Source of the DNA: an uncultured Bacteroidota bacterium
Lineage (GTDB): Bacteria > Bacteroidota > Bacteroidia > Bacteroidales > VadinHA17
Direction: 5' to 3'
NCBI GenBank assembly: GCA_903844815.1
Contig: CAIMVD010000267.1
Location: 19,118-83,117, forward strand
DNA length: 64,000 nt
A model generated the notes under the pieces. That model was given only the letters and a program-made list of their open reading frames with translations, had not been told where the DNA came from and did not search any database. Made by a program: the position numbers and the translations under genes. Of the stretch, positions 18,752 through 28,451 are shown piece after piece; the stretch's first letter is position 1; every line of letters begins with the position of its first letter.

Positions 18752-21568
18752 CTATGAAAGGTATTTTTGCAGGATGGTATTAAGATCATTTACCCGTACA
18801 GGTTTGGAAATAAAATCCTTAATGCCTGCCAGTTCCGATTTTCTCCTGGCGTCGAGAGAATTATCGGCTGAAAATGCAATAATAATAGAAGACTTATCAA
18901 ATTCCAGAATTTTCTGAGCGGAGGTATATCCGTCCATCTCCGGCATAATCAGATCCATAAGGATAAGGTCATATTTTTTTGCAATAGCCTTTTTATATCC
19001 AATTAATCCATCATCGGCCAGCTCATATGTGAAGCCAAGGCTCTGGAGCATTGACCCCATAACCATCTGATTTATTTTGTTGTCTTCAACTACCAGAATC
19101 ATAATTTCATGTTTTAGTTTTCCTTTAGTCAACGAAGATTCTTTGTCCTCCACCGAGGGGAAACTTTCTGCAATATTAGTTAATAACTCAGTTAGATCAA
19201 ATGGCTTCACAAGATATTGATCGACTCCCATTGAAAGACATTTGATATAGTTTCCTTTTTCATCCTTTGAACTTATCATTATGATAGCAAAATGATCGGA
19301 AAGCTTATGTTCCCAGATATCGTTTGCAACATCAAACCCGTTAAAGTCATTCTCGTTCAGGATAATAATAAGATTATACCGGAATTCCGGAAGGCTCAGG
19401 TTCTTCTTTATCTGGCTGACAGTCGTTTTAAGATAGGCTGTGGTTGAAACATTAAGCCCCAGTTTATGTAAAGAACTCAATGTCTCATCATCTCTGCTCT
19501 GAGTCCCGGTAATAACCAGGGTCTTTATTTTATCGTAGGATGTTATATTTTCAAATGACAGGTTCTTCTTTGGCTTGTCGCCTGAATAGGCAAGAACTGT
19601 AAATTCAACTTTAGTGCCTGCCGTACCTGAAAGACCGGAGGGGCTCACTGCCGAAAGTTCTCCGCCCATCAGTTCAATAAGCTGTTTTGTAAGAAGTATT
19701 GCAAACCCTGATTCTTCATTTGCAAATGATCCGGAATCAAAGTTTATGATTTCAGCGAAAATCTTCTTTAGCGCAACCTTATCATAACTTTTGCCAGTGT
19801 CCAGGATCTCAATCCTCAGAGTTACTATACCATTTTTTAAAGAAACCTGTGAACACTTAAGCCGGACTTCTCCCTTCTCGGTATTCTTTATGGAATTATT
19901 AATCAGGTTGGTAATTACCTGCCTCAGACGGTAAGGATCGCCAATAATTGTTCCGGGGACATTTTCATCTATTACAGAGACTATCCTGACATCTTTTCCG
20001 GCCACTGATGATTTTGCTATATCTGTACAATATTTGATCTCCTTTCTAAGACTGAAAGGAGATTCATCGAGAATTATCCTTCCGGATTCAATCCTTGAAA
20101 AGTCAAGAATATCATTTACTATACCCAGCAAAACATTAGTTGACCTCTGAAGCAAGCCGGCAATATGCTTTACCTCGGGAGCCAGATCAAACTTGCCGAG
20201 GACTTCCGCCATTCCTATTATTCCGTTTAATGGAGTCCGAATCTCATAGCTCATTCTGGCAAGAAAGTCCGCTTTTAAAGCATTTGCTTTTGCTTCCTGC
20301 TTCATCGACGTTTCAAGATTTGTTACGTCTATCAGTATCTCCATGGTTACTTCCTCTCCCATAAAAAGATCCGGAATATTATACCGGAAGAGAACTATCA
20401 GTCCTGAATCCCTTCTGACTGTAATAAACTGGCTGGGGTTATAAATCCCTTCAGAGGTTTTAGAGTAAAAATCGCTTTCGTCGGGAATTAAGATTTCAGG
20501 ATAAATCTTTCCCCTCATTTCTGATTCATTAGCATAAGAGTACTGACTTGCCGCAACCTTGTTCGCCCTGGCTATTTCCCTGTTTTTATTAAATATTATT
20601 ACCCCGGCTGGCAGTTCGTCAATCATCCTGTACAAAATCACTTCAGAATCTTTAAGCCTTTTCTTTTCTGAGCGTTCCTTATTGATGAACCTGATAAAAG
20701 CCCAAATAATGAACTGAACCAGGATGAGGGTTACGACAACAATTAATAAGGAATTCCTGATAATGTATTTTTGAAACAAATTAACCGGGGTTGAAAAGAC
20801 CAGACGGAGGTTTTTCTCCAGTAGCTGTACAGTGTAATACGATGAGATTATATTCTGAGTTTCACCATCAATGACAGCATTATGAAGGACCTTGTCCATT
20901 GACCTTTCCACCCTGGGCTTGGTTACTTTTTCGAGTTGCCTGTATTCAACGCCTTTTTTATTGGTGAAAATTATTTTCCCGTCTTCATCCAATATCCATT
21001 GCCACTGGTACTCCCTGATATTGAACACCGAGAACAATTCAGAGAAGTATTTTCCGAAATCAATTGTAACAACCAGATTGGCATAAACAGTTGTATCGTT
21101 CCTGCTCCTGACGGGTATGTAATAATAATATTTTCGGTTTATCTGAACCAGTTTTTCAGAAGTGAAAATTTCGCGTTGTTCATGACTTGTAAACGTCTGT
21201 TCGAGCCAATCACCGGTTTCGCCATCCATTTGCATTGAAAACTCGTACCTGTTGTTATTGAATAACTTGATTCCGCTTACCAACGGTTTATACTTAAGAA
21301 AAAAGAGTCTCATTCTCTCTTTATTCATTGCCGAGTTTTCTGCAGAATTAAAGAACATCTCCAGATTAGCATTAAGGCTGATCTGATTAATATCGGTCAG
21401 GAATTCAGTATTGGTACTGTCGATTGTCTGTCCCACTATCTGAACCTGCCGGTCGAGCATCTCGTATACATAGTTAATCTGTTTATTATACAGACTATTA
21501 TAGAAGACATAATTTGCCAGTAATATTATCAGAACAGCTGAATAAACAATAATCAGGACTTTTTTCAT
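18752..21568 (-). CDS. hybrid sensor histidine kinase/response regulator
   Basis: 938 aa. TM, periplasmic sensor domain, TM, PAS-like region, HisKA (SYEIRTPLNGIIG), HATPase, a degenerate receiver-like domain, then a canonical receiver (ILVVEDNKINQ...DLILMDLIMPEMDG...KP). Confidence 0.85.
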   Translation of the reverse strand: MKKVLIIVYSAVLIILLANYVFYNSLYNKQINYVYEMLDRQVQIVGQTIDSTNTEFLTDINQISLNANLEMFFNSAENSAMNKERMRLFFLKYKPLVSGIKLFNNNRYEFSMQMDGETGDWLEQTFTSHEQREIFTSEKLVQINRKYYYYIPVRSRNDTTVYANLVVTIDFGKYFSELFSVFNIREYQWQWILDEDGKIIFTNKKGVEYRQLEKVTKPRVERSMDKVLHNAVIDGETQNIISSYYTVQLLEKNLRLVFSTPVNLFQKYIIRNSLLIVVVTLILVQFIIWAFIRFINKERSEKKRLKDSEVILYRMIDELPAGVIIFNKNREIARANKVAASQYSYANESEMRGKIYPEILIPDESDFYSKTSEGIYNPSQFITVRRDSGLIVLFRYNIPDLFMGEEVTMEILIDVTNLETSMKQEAKANALKADFLARMSYEIRTPLNGIIGMAEVLGKFDLAPEVKHIAGLLQRSTNVLLGIVNDILDFSRIESGRIILDESPFSLRKEIKYCTDIAKSSVAGKDVRIVSVIDENVPGTIIGDPYRLRQVITNLINNSIKNTEKGEVRLKCSQVSLKNGIVTLRIEILDTGKSYDKVALKKIFAEIINFDSGSFANEESGFAILLTKQLIELMGGELSAVSPSGLSGTAGTKVEFTVLAYSGDKPKKNLSFENITSYDKIKTLVITGTQSRDDETLSSLHKLGLNVSTTAYLKTTVSQIKKNLSLPEFRYNLIIILNENDFNGFDVANDIWEHKLSDHFAIIMISSKDEKGNYIKCLSMGVDQYLVKPFDLTELLTNIAESFPSVEDKESSLTKGKLKHEIMILVVEDNKINQMVMGSMLQSLGFTYELADDGLIGYKKAIAKKYDLILMDLIMPEMDGYTSAQKILEFDKSSIIIAFSADNSLDARRKSELAGIKDFISKPVRVNDLNTILQKYLS

Positions 21569-21626
21569 CCGGCAGGAAGTTTATCTGTTTTAAAACAAAG
21601 AAATCTTATTAATAAAAACCTAAAAT

Positions 21627-22553
21627 TCACCTGTATTTTCTGTTGTCACCATCCATAATATTAAGATAGCTTCGATAACGCAGGAAGTCTATATCTCCTT
21701 TCTCGACAGCTTCTCTTACTGCACAGCCCGGTTCGTCGAGATGGAGGCAGTTATAAAATCTGCAGCCTTTTGAGGCAATGAATATCTCCCGGAAGAAGTG
21801 GTAGATTTCATTTTTTTCCATATCGACAACGCCGAAACCCCTGATCCCCGGAGTATCTATGACAAACCCGCCAAAAGGCATTTCGTGCATTTCGGGAAAG
21901 GTTGTAATATGTTTTCCCTGTTTATGATAATCTGAAATTGCTCCGGTTTTAAGGTTTAAAGAGGGGTTGAGATTGTTAAGAAGGGTTGTCTTGCCGACTC
22001 CGGAATATCCGGAGATCAGGCTTATCTTATCCTTCATTAAACCATGCAGCGTCTCCAATCCTGTTTTTTTAAAAAGAGAGAGCCGTATGCAATCATAGCC
22101 TATTTTGCCGTACATAGATTCGAGATATTCAAGCTTTTCGATATCATCATCGGTATAAAGGTCTGTCTTGTTAATAATAATGGAGGCAGGAACCCTGTAT
22201 GCCTCAGCGCTTATCAGGAACCTGTCGATGAATTCTACCGGTGTTTCAGGAAGAACGATTGTCACCATCAAAAAGACCTGATCGATGTTTGCTGCTATTA
22301 TCTGAGAATGTCTTGAAAGGTTTGAAGCCTTCCTGAGGATGTAGTTTGTGCGGTCGAGAACTTCAGAAATAACCGAGGAACCTGTTTTGCTGTCGACCTC
22401 GAATACCACACTGTCGCCAACCGCAACCGGATTTGTATTGCGCATTTCCTTAATCCTCAGCTTTCCCTTCACAGAGCAATCAGCGACTATTCCATCTTCG
22501 CTTAAAACCTTGTAATGACTCCCTGTTGATTTTAAGACAATACCCTTTTTCAA
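21627..22553 (-). CDS. rsgA: ribosome small-subunit-dependent GTPase A
   Basis: 308 aa. OB-fold N-terminus, circularly permuted GTPase motifs (NKTDL ... GYSGVGKTTLLN ... DTPG), and a C-terminal zinc knuckle CRFYNCLHLDEPGC. Confidence 0.85.
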   Translation of the reverse strand: MKKGIVLKSTGSHYKVLSEDGIVADCSVKGKLRIKEMRNTNPVAVGDSVVFEVDSKTGSSVISEVLDRTNYILRKASNLSRHSQIIAANIDQVFLMVTIVLPETPVEFIDRFLISAEAYRVPASIIINKTDLYTDDDIEKLEYLESMYGKIGYDCIRLSLFKKTGLETLHGLMKDKISLISGYSGVGKTTLLNNLNPSLNLKTGAISDYHKQGKHITTFPEMHEMPFGGFVIDTPGIRGFGVVDMEKNEIYHFFREIFIASKGCRFYNCLHLDEPGCAVREAVEKGDIDFLRYRSYLNIMDGDNRKYR

Positions 22554-22645
22554 ATGACAATTATTTGAAACAAAAATAATTAAAAATGAATCAGCAGAGG
22601 ATTCAATGAATAAAAAAAGGAAACGGAGTATAAAATGGTTCTTTC

Positions 22646-23851
22646 TTAGCTGTCAGAAGCCATGAGAAGGAAGGGCTTCATCTCAAAACTGTCGTAGTAA
22701 GGCCTGAGCCTTTCAGTGTTGTAATATTCAGAGACTTTTACCAGCTTTTTCGATGAAGTTACAACATCTATCGGAAGGTTATCGTACCGGCCATTCTTGA
22801 GCACAACTATCCTGCCATGAACGCCTTTGAGAATAAGATCAAGGGCAAGGTTACCGTAAGCCATCGGAACTATTGAATCAAGAGCGTCAGGATCTCCGCC
22901 GCGTACCATATAGCCAAGTTTCTGGTTTATAATATTGATTGTCTTACCATGATTGTAAGTCGCCGATTTTTCTTTCAGCATGGTTGAGACCATATCTCCA
23001 ATTCCTCCAAGCTTGGCATGTCCATAGGCATCTTTCTCACTGTCGGCAAAGATCATTTTGCCTCCTTTGAACATTGCGCCTTCGGAAACCAGAACAATTG
23101 AATACCTGCTTGGGTTGGAGTTTCTGTCTTCCACCAGAAGCTGAGTAAGCGAATCTATATCAAATTCATATTCAGGAATAACGCATCTGTTTGCAGCGCC
23201 TGCCATTGTCGGCAGCATTGCAGTGAAACCTGCATACCGTCCGAATACCTCAAGAACCATTATCCTTTCGTGCGAGCCTGCTGATGTCCGGAGGGTATTT
23301 GTCATCTGAATGGTACGGGTTACACAAGTGCTGAACCCTATGCAATAGTCGGTTCCGGGAACATCATTGTCCATTGTTTTCGGAATTGCCACCACATTTA
23401 CGCCCTTCTTGTAAAGGTGAACGCCGTAACTCAGAGTATCGTCCCCTCCAATCGGGATCAGATAATCAACGCCAAGCCATTCCAGGTTTTTAATAACCTC
23501 GGGAGTCAGATCATTTACTTCAGCATTGTAAATGCCCTGAAGATGGTCAGGAACATTTGCCTTCGACATATGGCTGGGCCTGGTCCTTGAAGTGTGCAGG
23601 AAGGTTCCTCCCGTACGACCGGCTTTATTTACGATATCATCAGTCAGGTGCTGGAAATTGTCACTGTTATCAGCCTTGTGGTCCCTGATCAATTCCGTAA
23701 TGCCAGCCCAACCTCTGCGAAGCCCGATAACCTTGTAACCTTCCCTGTTTGCCCTGATTGTCACTGCCCGGATAGCAGGGTTAAGACCGGGAACGTCGCC
23801 TCCCCCTGTAAGAATAGCTATAACCCCTTTGCTTGATTGTTGAGTTGCCAT
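22646..23851 (-). CDS. 6-phosphofructokinase, PPi-type signature (GGDD / PKTMDND)
   Basis: 401 aa. ILTGGGDVPGLNPAIRAV, IPIGGDDTLSYG, IPKTMDNDVPGTD. Confidence 0.85.
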   Translation of the reverse strand: MATQQSSKGVIAILTGGGDVPGLNPAIRAVTIRANREGYKVIGLRRGWAGITELIRDHKADNSDNFQHLTDDIVNKAGRTGGTFLHTSRTRPSHMSKANVPDHLQGIYNAEVNDLTPEVIKNLEWLGVDYLIPIGGDDTLSYGVHLYKKGVNVVAIPKTMDNDVPGTDYCIGFSTCVTRTIQMTNTLRTSAGSHERIMVLEVFGRYAGFTAMLPTMAGAANRCVIPEYEFDIDSLTQLLVEDRNSNPSRYSIVLVSEGAMFKGGKMIFADSEKDAYGHAKLGGIGDMVSTMLKEKSATYNHGKTINIINQKLGYMVRGGDPDALDSIVPMAYGNLALDLILKGVHGRIVVLKNGRYDNLPIDVVTSSKKLVKVSEYYNTERLRPYYDSFEMKPFLLMASDS

Positions 23852-24000
23852 GGCCTTTAGTTTTTTGTAATTTATAATGTGAACAGCTTATAAATTTAGT
23901 CAAAATTTGCAGAAGAAGCAATTTTCACATTTTTGCGTTTAAAAGCAAAATACTTAAACACAAAGTAATCAAGGGTGTTCAAAAAGGCCCCGAAGGACAT

Positions 24001-24036
24001 GAAAAAGAAAGAGGGTGCTCAATGAGTCACCCTCTT
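24001..24036 (-). terminator. rho-independent terminator downstream of PFK gene 24058..25308
   Basis: 9-bp stem AAGAGGGTG / CACCCTCTT (24009..24017 / 24028..24036) with a 10-nt loop. On the minus strand it is followed by a T-rich run (TTCTTTTTC). Confidence 0.6.
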
Positions 24037-24057
24037 CGTATTTATTGCCATTTGATA

Positions 24058-25308
24058 TTAATAAAGGGGCGATTCGTCCCATTCAAGGATCTTGAAAAAA
24101 TCGAAATCTTCAGGGTTTGCAACAAACTTTTTCGCTCCCCTGTAATCAGCCTTTGTTATATAATGAAGATTATTCCTGAAAATAAGCTGTACATTTTCAG
24201 TTTCAACATTTACAAGACGTGGTTTTACCTTTCCAAACTCATCCTCTACATCCTTAAGATACAAGGGCAAGATATTTCCGGCTCTGTCAACAGTGACCAT
24301 GCAGCCTGTATTTCCTTCCTTGAAAAGTTTGAAAACACCCAGTCCAAGCCTTGTCGCATAATTCAGATCATAGGCAACCGGACGACAGCACCTCAGCTCA
24401 TAACCCATTTCATTCGGACGCGATTTAACGTTAATCCTCAGATCTTTAAGAGCCTGCTGAGTAAGCATGTTAAAAATGTGTGATTTACTCACATTTCCAA
24501 GTTCGGGATGACCATGTTCGTCGAAGGTGAAATTAATACCGGTATCAATTATCTCCTGTTCGCTCATAAAATGAAAAACGCCCTCAGAAATAATTGCCAC
24601 ACCATAATCAATCCCGAGAAGCCTTCTTTTCACCATTGATGAGATAACCAGTTTGGTAATCTTATCGAAGGTGATTTTAGTCTTATTGAACATTTCAGGA
24701 ATAATAATCATCGGATAATGACATGCAGTACCGATTCCAAAAGCCAGGTGACCGGCTTCGCGGCCCATAGCAGATACAACAAACCAATTGCCGCTGGTAC
24801 GGGCATCCTCATAAATTGTTGTAGCCAGACGCACACCCTCTTCTTTGGCAGAATGGTACCCGAAAGTTGGGGTTCCTTCAGGAAGTGGAAGGTCATTATC
24901 AATGGTTTTGGGAACGTGAATGTTCTTTACATCCATCTTTTGTTCCGAAAGATATTTTGAAAGACGGTTAGCAGAAGAAGCCGTGTCGTCACCTCCGATA
25001 GTAACAAGAAGTTTTACATTATTCTTCTTGAAAAAATCAACTTTAAACTCATCGTCCTTAGGTTTATGCCTGCTCATTTTGAGGGCAGAGCCTCCACGGC
25101 TGTAAATCAGATCGGCAAATTCAAAATCGAGATAATCAAAAGAAGGTTCACTTGAAAAGAGCGACTTAAAACCACCATTTATACCGAGTACTGTGTACCC
25201 GTTCAGCAAAAATATTTTGGTGACGGCACTGATTACCGTATTAATGCCGGGAGCAGGGCCTCCGGCACATAGTATAGCTACTGCATCTTTCATAGGTTCT
25301 TGTTTCAT
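24058..25308 (-). CDS. 6-phosphofructokinase paralogue, PPi-type signature (GGDD / PKTIDND)
   Basis: 416 aa. ILCAGGPAPGINTVISAV, TIGGDDTASSA, VPKTIDNDLPLPEGTPTFGY. Confidence 0.8.
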   Translation of the reverse strand: MKQEPMKDAVAILCAGGPAPGINTVISAVTKIFLLNGYTVLGINGGFKSLFSSEPSFDYLDFEFADLIYSRGGSALKMSRHKPKDDEFKVDFFKKNNVKLLVTIGGDDTASSANRLSKYLSEQKMDVKNIHVPKTIDNDLPLPEGTPTFGYHSAKEEGVRLATTIYEDARTSGNWFVVSAMGREAGHLAFGIGTACHYPMIIIPEMFNKTKITFDKITKLVISSMVKRRLLGIDYGVAIISEGVFHFMSEQEIIDTGINFTFDEHGHPELGNVSKSHIFNMLTQQALKDLRINVKSRPNEMGYELRCCRPVAYDLNYATRLGLGVFKLFKEGNTGCMVTVDRAGNILPLYLKDVEDEFGKVKPRLVNVETENVQLIFRNNLHYITKADYRGAKKFVANPEDFDFFKILEWDESPLY

Positions 25309-25475
25309 TACTGATTATACAATTAATGATTAATTTGAAATATTTCTTTTTAATATTAAGTCAAGCTAAAAATTAAGGAAGCAAATATGACAATATCTTT
25401 TTAATATCCGATCTTTGCAGAGTCCAAATTTCCGGTGATTTTTAATTTTTAACACAAGCAGAAATAACTTTCGAT

Positions 25476-26432
25476 ATGTCCGAAAAACCAAACCCAAAGA
25501 TTGAAACCGGAGGGTTCTCTGTCATGATTACCGGAGGCAGCGGCCTTATAGGAAGACACCTTACTTCTGCATTATTATCTGAAGGTTACAAAGTCTCTCA
25601 TCTTTCCAGAAAAGCCTATAAGGCTGAAAATGTAAACGTTCACGTCTGGAATCCCTTAAAGAATTATATCGAACCTGATGCCCTTGAAGGTGTCGATTAT
25701 ATAATTCATCTTGCAGGGGCAAATATAGGGGAGAGTCCATGGACAGCACGCAGAAAGGAAGTGATAATGCGAAGCCGTATTGATTCTGCCAGGTTACTCC
25801 ACGAAACAATAACCTATACCGGTGTACCACTTAAGGCTTTCATTTCCGCTTCTGCTGTGGGATTTTATGGAGCTGAGACCTCGGAAAAAGTTTTTACCGA
25901 GGCGGATACTCCCGGGACCGATTTTCTGGGAATCACCTGCAGAAGATGGGAAGAAGCTGCTGAGTTGTTTGAAAAGTCAGGTATACGTACTGTAAAAATC
26001 CGTACGGCTGTTGTTCTTGAAAAAAGCGACAGTGCCCTTTCGAAACTTATGCTTCCGGGGAAATTCGGATTCCTGCTTAAAACAGGTAATGGAAGGCAAT
26101 ATATGCCCTGGATCCACATTTCGGATCTGTGCGGAATCTACAAAAAGGCAATTACCGATACTGGAATGTCGGGATCATACAATGCAGTGGCTCCTCAACA
26201 GGTAAGTCATACAGAATTTATGAAGGAACTTGGAGCAGTGATGAAACGGCCGGTCCTTCTTCCCGGGGTGCCCTCAATTTTTCTACGGGCAATAATGGGT
26301 GAGATGTCGGATGTGATATTAAAGGGAAGCAGGGTCTCCCCGGAAAAAATAATAAATGCAGGCTATCGCTTTGAATTCGCAAGCCTGCATGATGCACTCC
26401 ATGATGCTATCCGTTCATATCGACCGCATTGA
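25476..26432 (+). CDS. TIGR01777/YfcH-like NAD-dependent epimerase family protein (SDR with C-terminal DUF1731)
   Basis: 318 aa. ITGGSGLIGRHL Rossmann motif and a C-terminal SRVSPEKIINAGYRFEFASLHDAL block. Confidence 0.7.
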   Translation: MSEKPNPKIETGGFSVMITGGSGLIGRHLTSALLSEGYKVSHLSRKAYKAENVNVHVWNPLKNYIEPDALEGVDYIIHLAGANIGESPWTARRKEVIMRSRIDSARLLHETITYTGVPLKAFISASAVGFYGAETSEKVFTEADTPGTDFLGITCRRWEEAAELFEKSGIRTVKIRTAVVLEKSDSALSKLMLPGKFGFLLKTGNGRQYMPWIHISDLCGIYKKAITDTGMSGSYNAVAPQQVSHTEFMKELGAVMKRPVLLPGVPSIFLRAIMGEMSDVILKGSRVSPEKIINAGYRFEFASLHDALHDAIRSYRPH

Positions 26433-26471
26433 AAATGCCGAATTTTCAAATTCCGGTGTTTTGAATTACAT

Positions 26472-28403
26472 TTATTTTATAATGAACTCCTTGTCTTTCA
26501 ATATTCCGCCACGGGTTGAGACAACTCCTGCCCTGGCTTTAAGTTCAATCCTCTTATACAGCCTAATGTTTATTATGGTGGTTGAAATGCTGCCTCCATC
26601 GGTAAAAGGTATATTTTTCGAATAGGTTCTTTCCGGTTCCGTGGCTCTGTCATCATTAAAACCACCTCTCCTCTCTGCAACAGGTGCAGATTTACCATCA
26701 AGCAGGATCTTGTAGTCCTTATTGCCCTTCTTCACCCCTGCAGAGTCTAAATCAAGCATAATCATATCGTCCTTTACAATCCTTACAAGATGGGCTTGTT
26801 TAAGTGCTGTCGGGAGTTTTCCGTTGTTCTTAAAACTTATCTTAATACGGTAGTCAGCAGAATCGGTGCTATAGGATTTTACTTTTTTCACATCTATGCT
26901 TTCCCAGGCCAGTTCGGGAAGGCACTTAACCATTTCGAGGTTAAACAGAGCTTCGTTTTTTATCCAGGGCTCGAGATATTTAGCCGGAGGGTTCTGGGAG
27001 AAAAACTTCGGATCGAAACCACCAATTTCAATATCTCCCAGCACAGGGTGTTTTGCCGGTGTCCATTCGTAAAATCCCTGGCCGCCGTTTTCTTCATCAT
27101 CCCATCTCAGGATTTCTACCTGATCATATTTCCCGTCGCCGTTGTAGTCCTTATTTTTCCCCCCGTTCCATATTTCGTCGCCATACCATATTGCCCCGAA
27201 TGACCAGTAACCGAAATCGGGTCCATGGCCGAAAATAGGACTTCCGTTTCCATAATCATTGTAAACATCCCCTGCTTTTGCATATCCGGTAAGTTTTTTT
27301 CCTATATCATCAAAAATCGTGTACCACTTGAGATCTTCGGGGTACATTCTCTCTTCTGAGGCTGAAGTTGATGGTGGACGAAGGTGCATCGGCACGGAAG
27401 TATCCATAGAATTTACTACATAAACAGATGGATGCGAAAGAAGGAATAACACAACCGCCCTTGTTTCAGTTTCGCTTAAAGGATATTCTCCTGCACCGCC
27501 CTGGGTATAACCGCGACCCGTATCCTCTTTCTCGGGACGCCAGTTTTCGGGGTAGTTCCTGTGAAGGTCAAGGCCACCGATCCCATCTTCATTTATCTTT
27601 CCGTCACCGTCATTGTCAATTCCTTCCGAAGAAGTAAGATAAATGCCTTTACCTGCAGCTACTCTTTTCATGATCCTGCCAGATGAATCAGCCGGATCGG
27701 AAATCCAGGTTCCCTTTTTTTCATCTTTCCATCGCATTGTCAGAATAACACAGTTACTGTCGAGATCCTCAGAAGAGTCCTCGTCGAGCAGGCCATCCTT
27801 GTCGCTGTCGTAGGGTCTCACCGTACTCCTGTTGCTCTGTGCAGTATGGAGATAAAGGTTGTGACCATCGGGATTGTTTACCGGCTTCAGGTAAATAGTC
27901 TTTGTATCAATTAAATGAGTAATAACAGAGTCTTTCCCGTAATTTTCAAGCAGATATTTCGCAAGCCACATCACGGATTCTGATCCCGTTACTTCCCCGC
28001 TGTGGCGCCCACCCTCAAAGAAGGCGGCAGGTTTATCAGTATCTTTTCCCTTTTTTTTACTTGTAAGAGTCATTTGATAAATGGGTCTGCCCTCGTAGCT
28101 TTTCCCTACTTCATAAAGATCGACCAGCCCGGGATAATTTAACGCCCATTTCCTCATCCAGGTATAAATAGCGTCGGCTGAGTGATACCTGTCGAAGGTA
28201 AGTGAATCCCCTGCGACATACTGAACTCCTTTGAGCTTTATGGAAGGGAAAAAGTTTACGCCATCTCTTTCACCTTTCAGCCTGTAGTATCTGGCAGAAG
28301 AATCTGCTTTAGTGAATGCGTCATTCACAACCTGGGCATAAGCGGGCGTGAATGCCAGTATGGTAAAAACAATTGCCCCGGCAGTAATGACTGATCTTTT
28401 CAT
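26472..28403 (-). CDS. secreted M14-family zinc carboxypeptidase with acidic Ca-binding-type inserts
   Basis: 643 aa with a signal peptide. GGRHSGEVTGSE zinc-ligand region. D-rich loops DSDKDGLLDEDSSEDLD and DNDGDGKINEDG. Confidence 0.65.
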   Translation of the reverse strand: MKRSVITAGAIVFTILAFTPAYAQVVNDAFTKADSSARYYRLKGERDGVNFFPSIKLKGVQYVAGDSLTFDRYHSADAIYTWMRKWALNYPGLVDLYEVGKSYEGRPIYQMTLTSKKKGKDTDKPAAFFEGGRHSGEVTGSESVMWLAKYLLENYGKDSVITHLIDTKTIYLKPVNNPDGHNLYLHTAQSNRSTVRPYDSDKDGLLDEDSSEDLDSNCVILTMRWKDEKKGTWISDPADSSGRIMKRVAAGKGIYLTSSEGIDNDGDGKINEDGIGGLDLHRNYPENWRPEKEDTGRGYTQGGAGEYPLSETETRAVVLFLLSHPSVYVVNSMDTSVPMHLRPPSTSASEERMYPEDLKWYTIFDDIGKKLTGYAKAGDVYNDYGNGSPIFGHGPDFGYWSFGAIWYGDEIWNGGKNKDYNGDGKYDQVEILRWDDEENGGQGFYEWTPAKHPVLGDIEIGGFDPKFFSQNPPAKYLEPWIKNEALFNLEMVKCLPELAWESIDVKKVKSYSTDSADYRIKISFKNNGKLPTALKQAHLVRIVKDDMIMLDLDSAGVKKGNKDYKILLDGKSAPVAERRGGFNDDRATEPERTYSKNIPFTDGGSISTTIINIRLYKRIELKARAGVVSTRGGILKDKEFIIK

Positions 28404-28451
28404 AAGTTCTAAAATGATTATTGTCCTTTGATATGAAACGGGATATTGATA

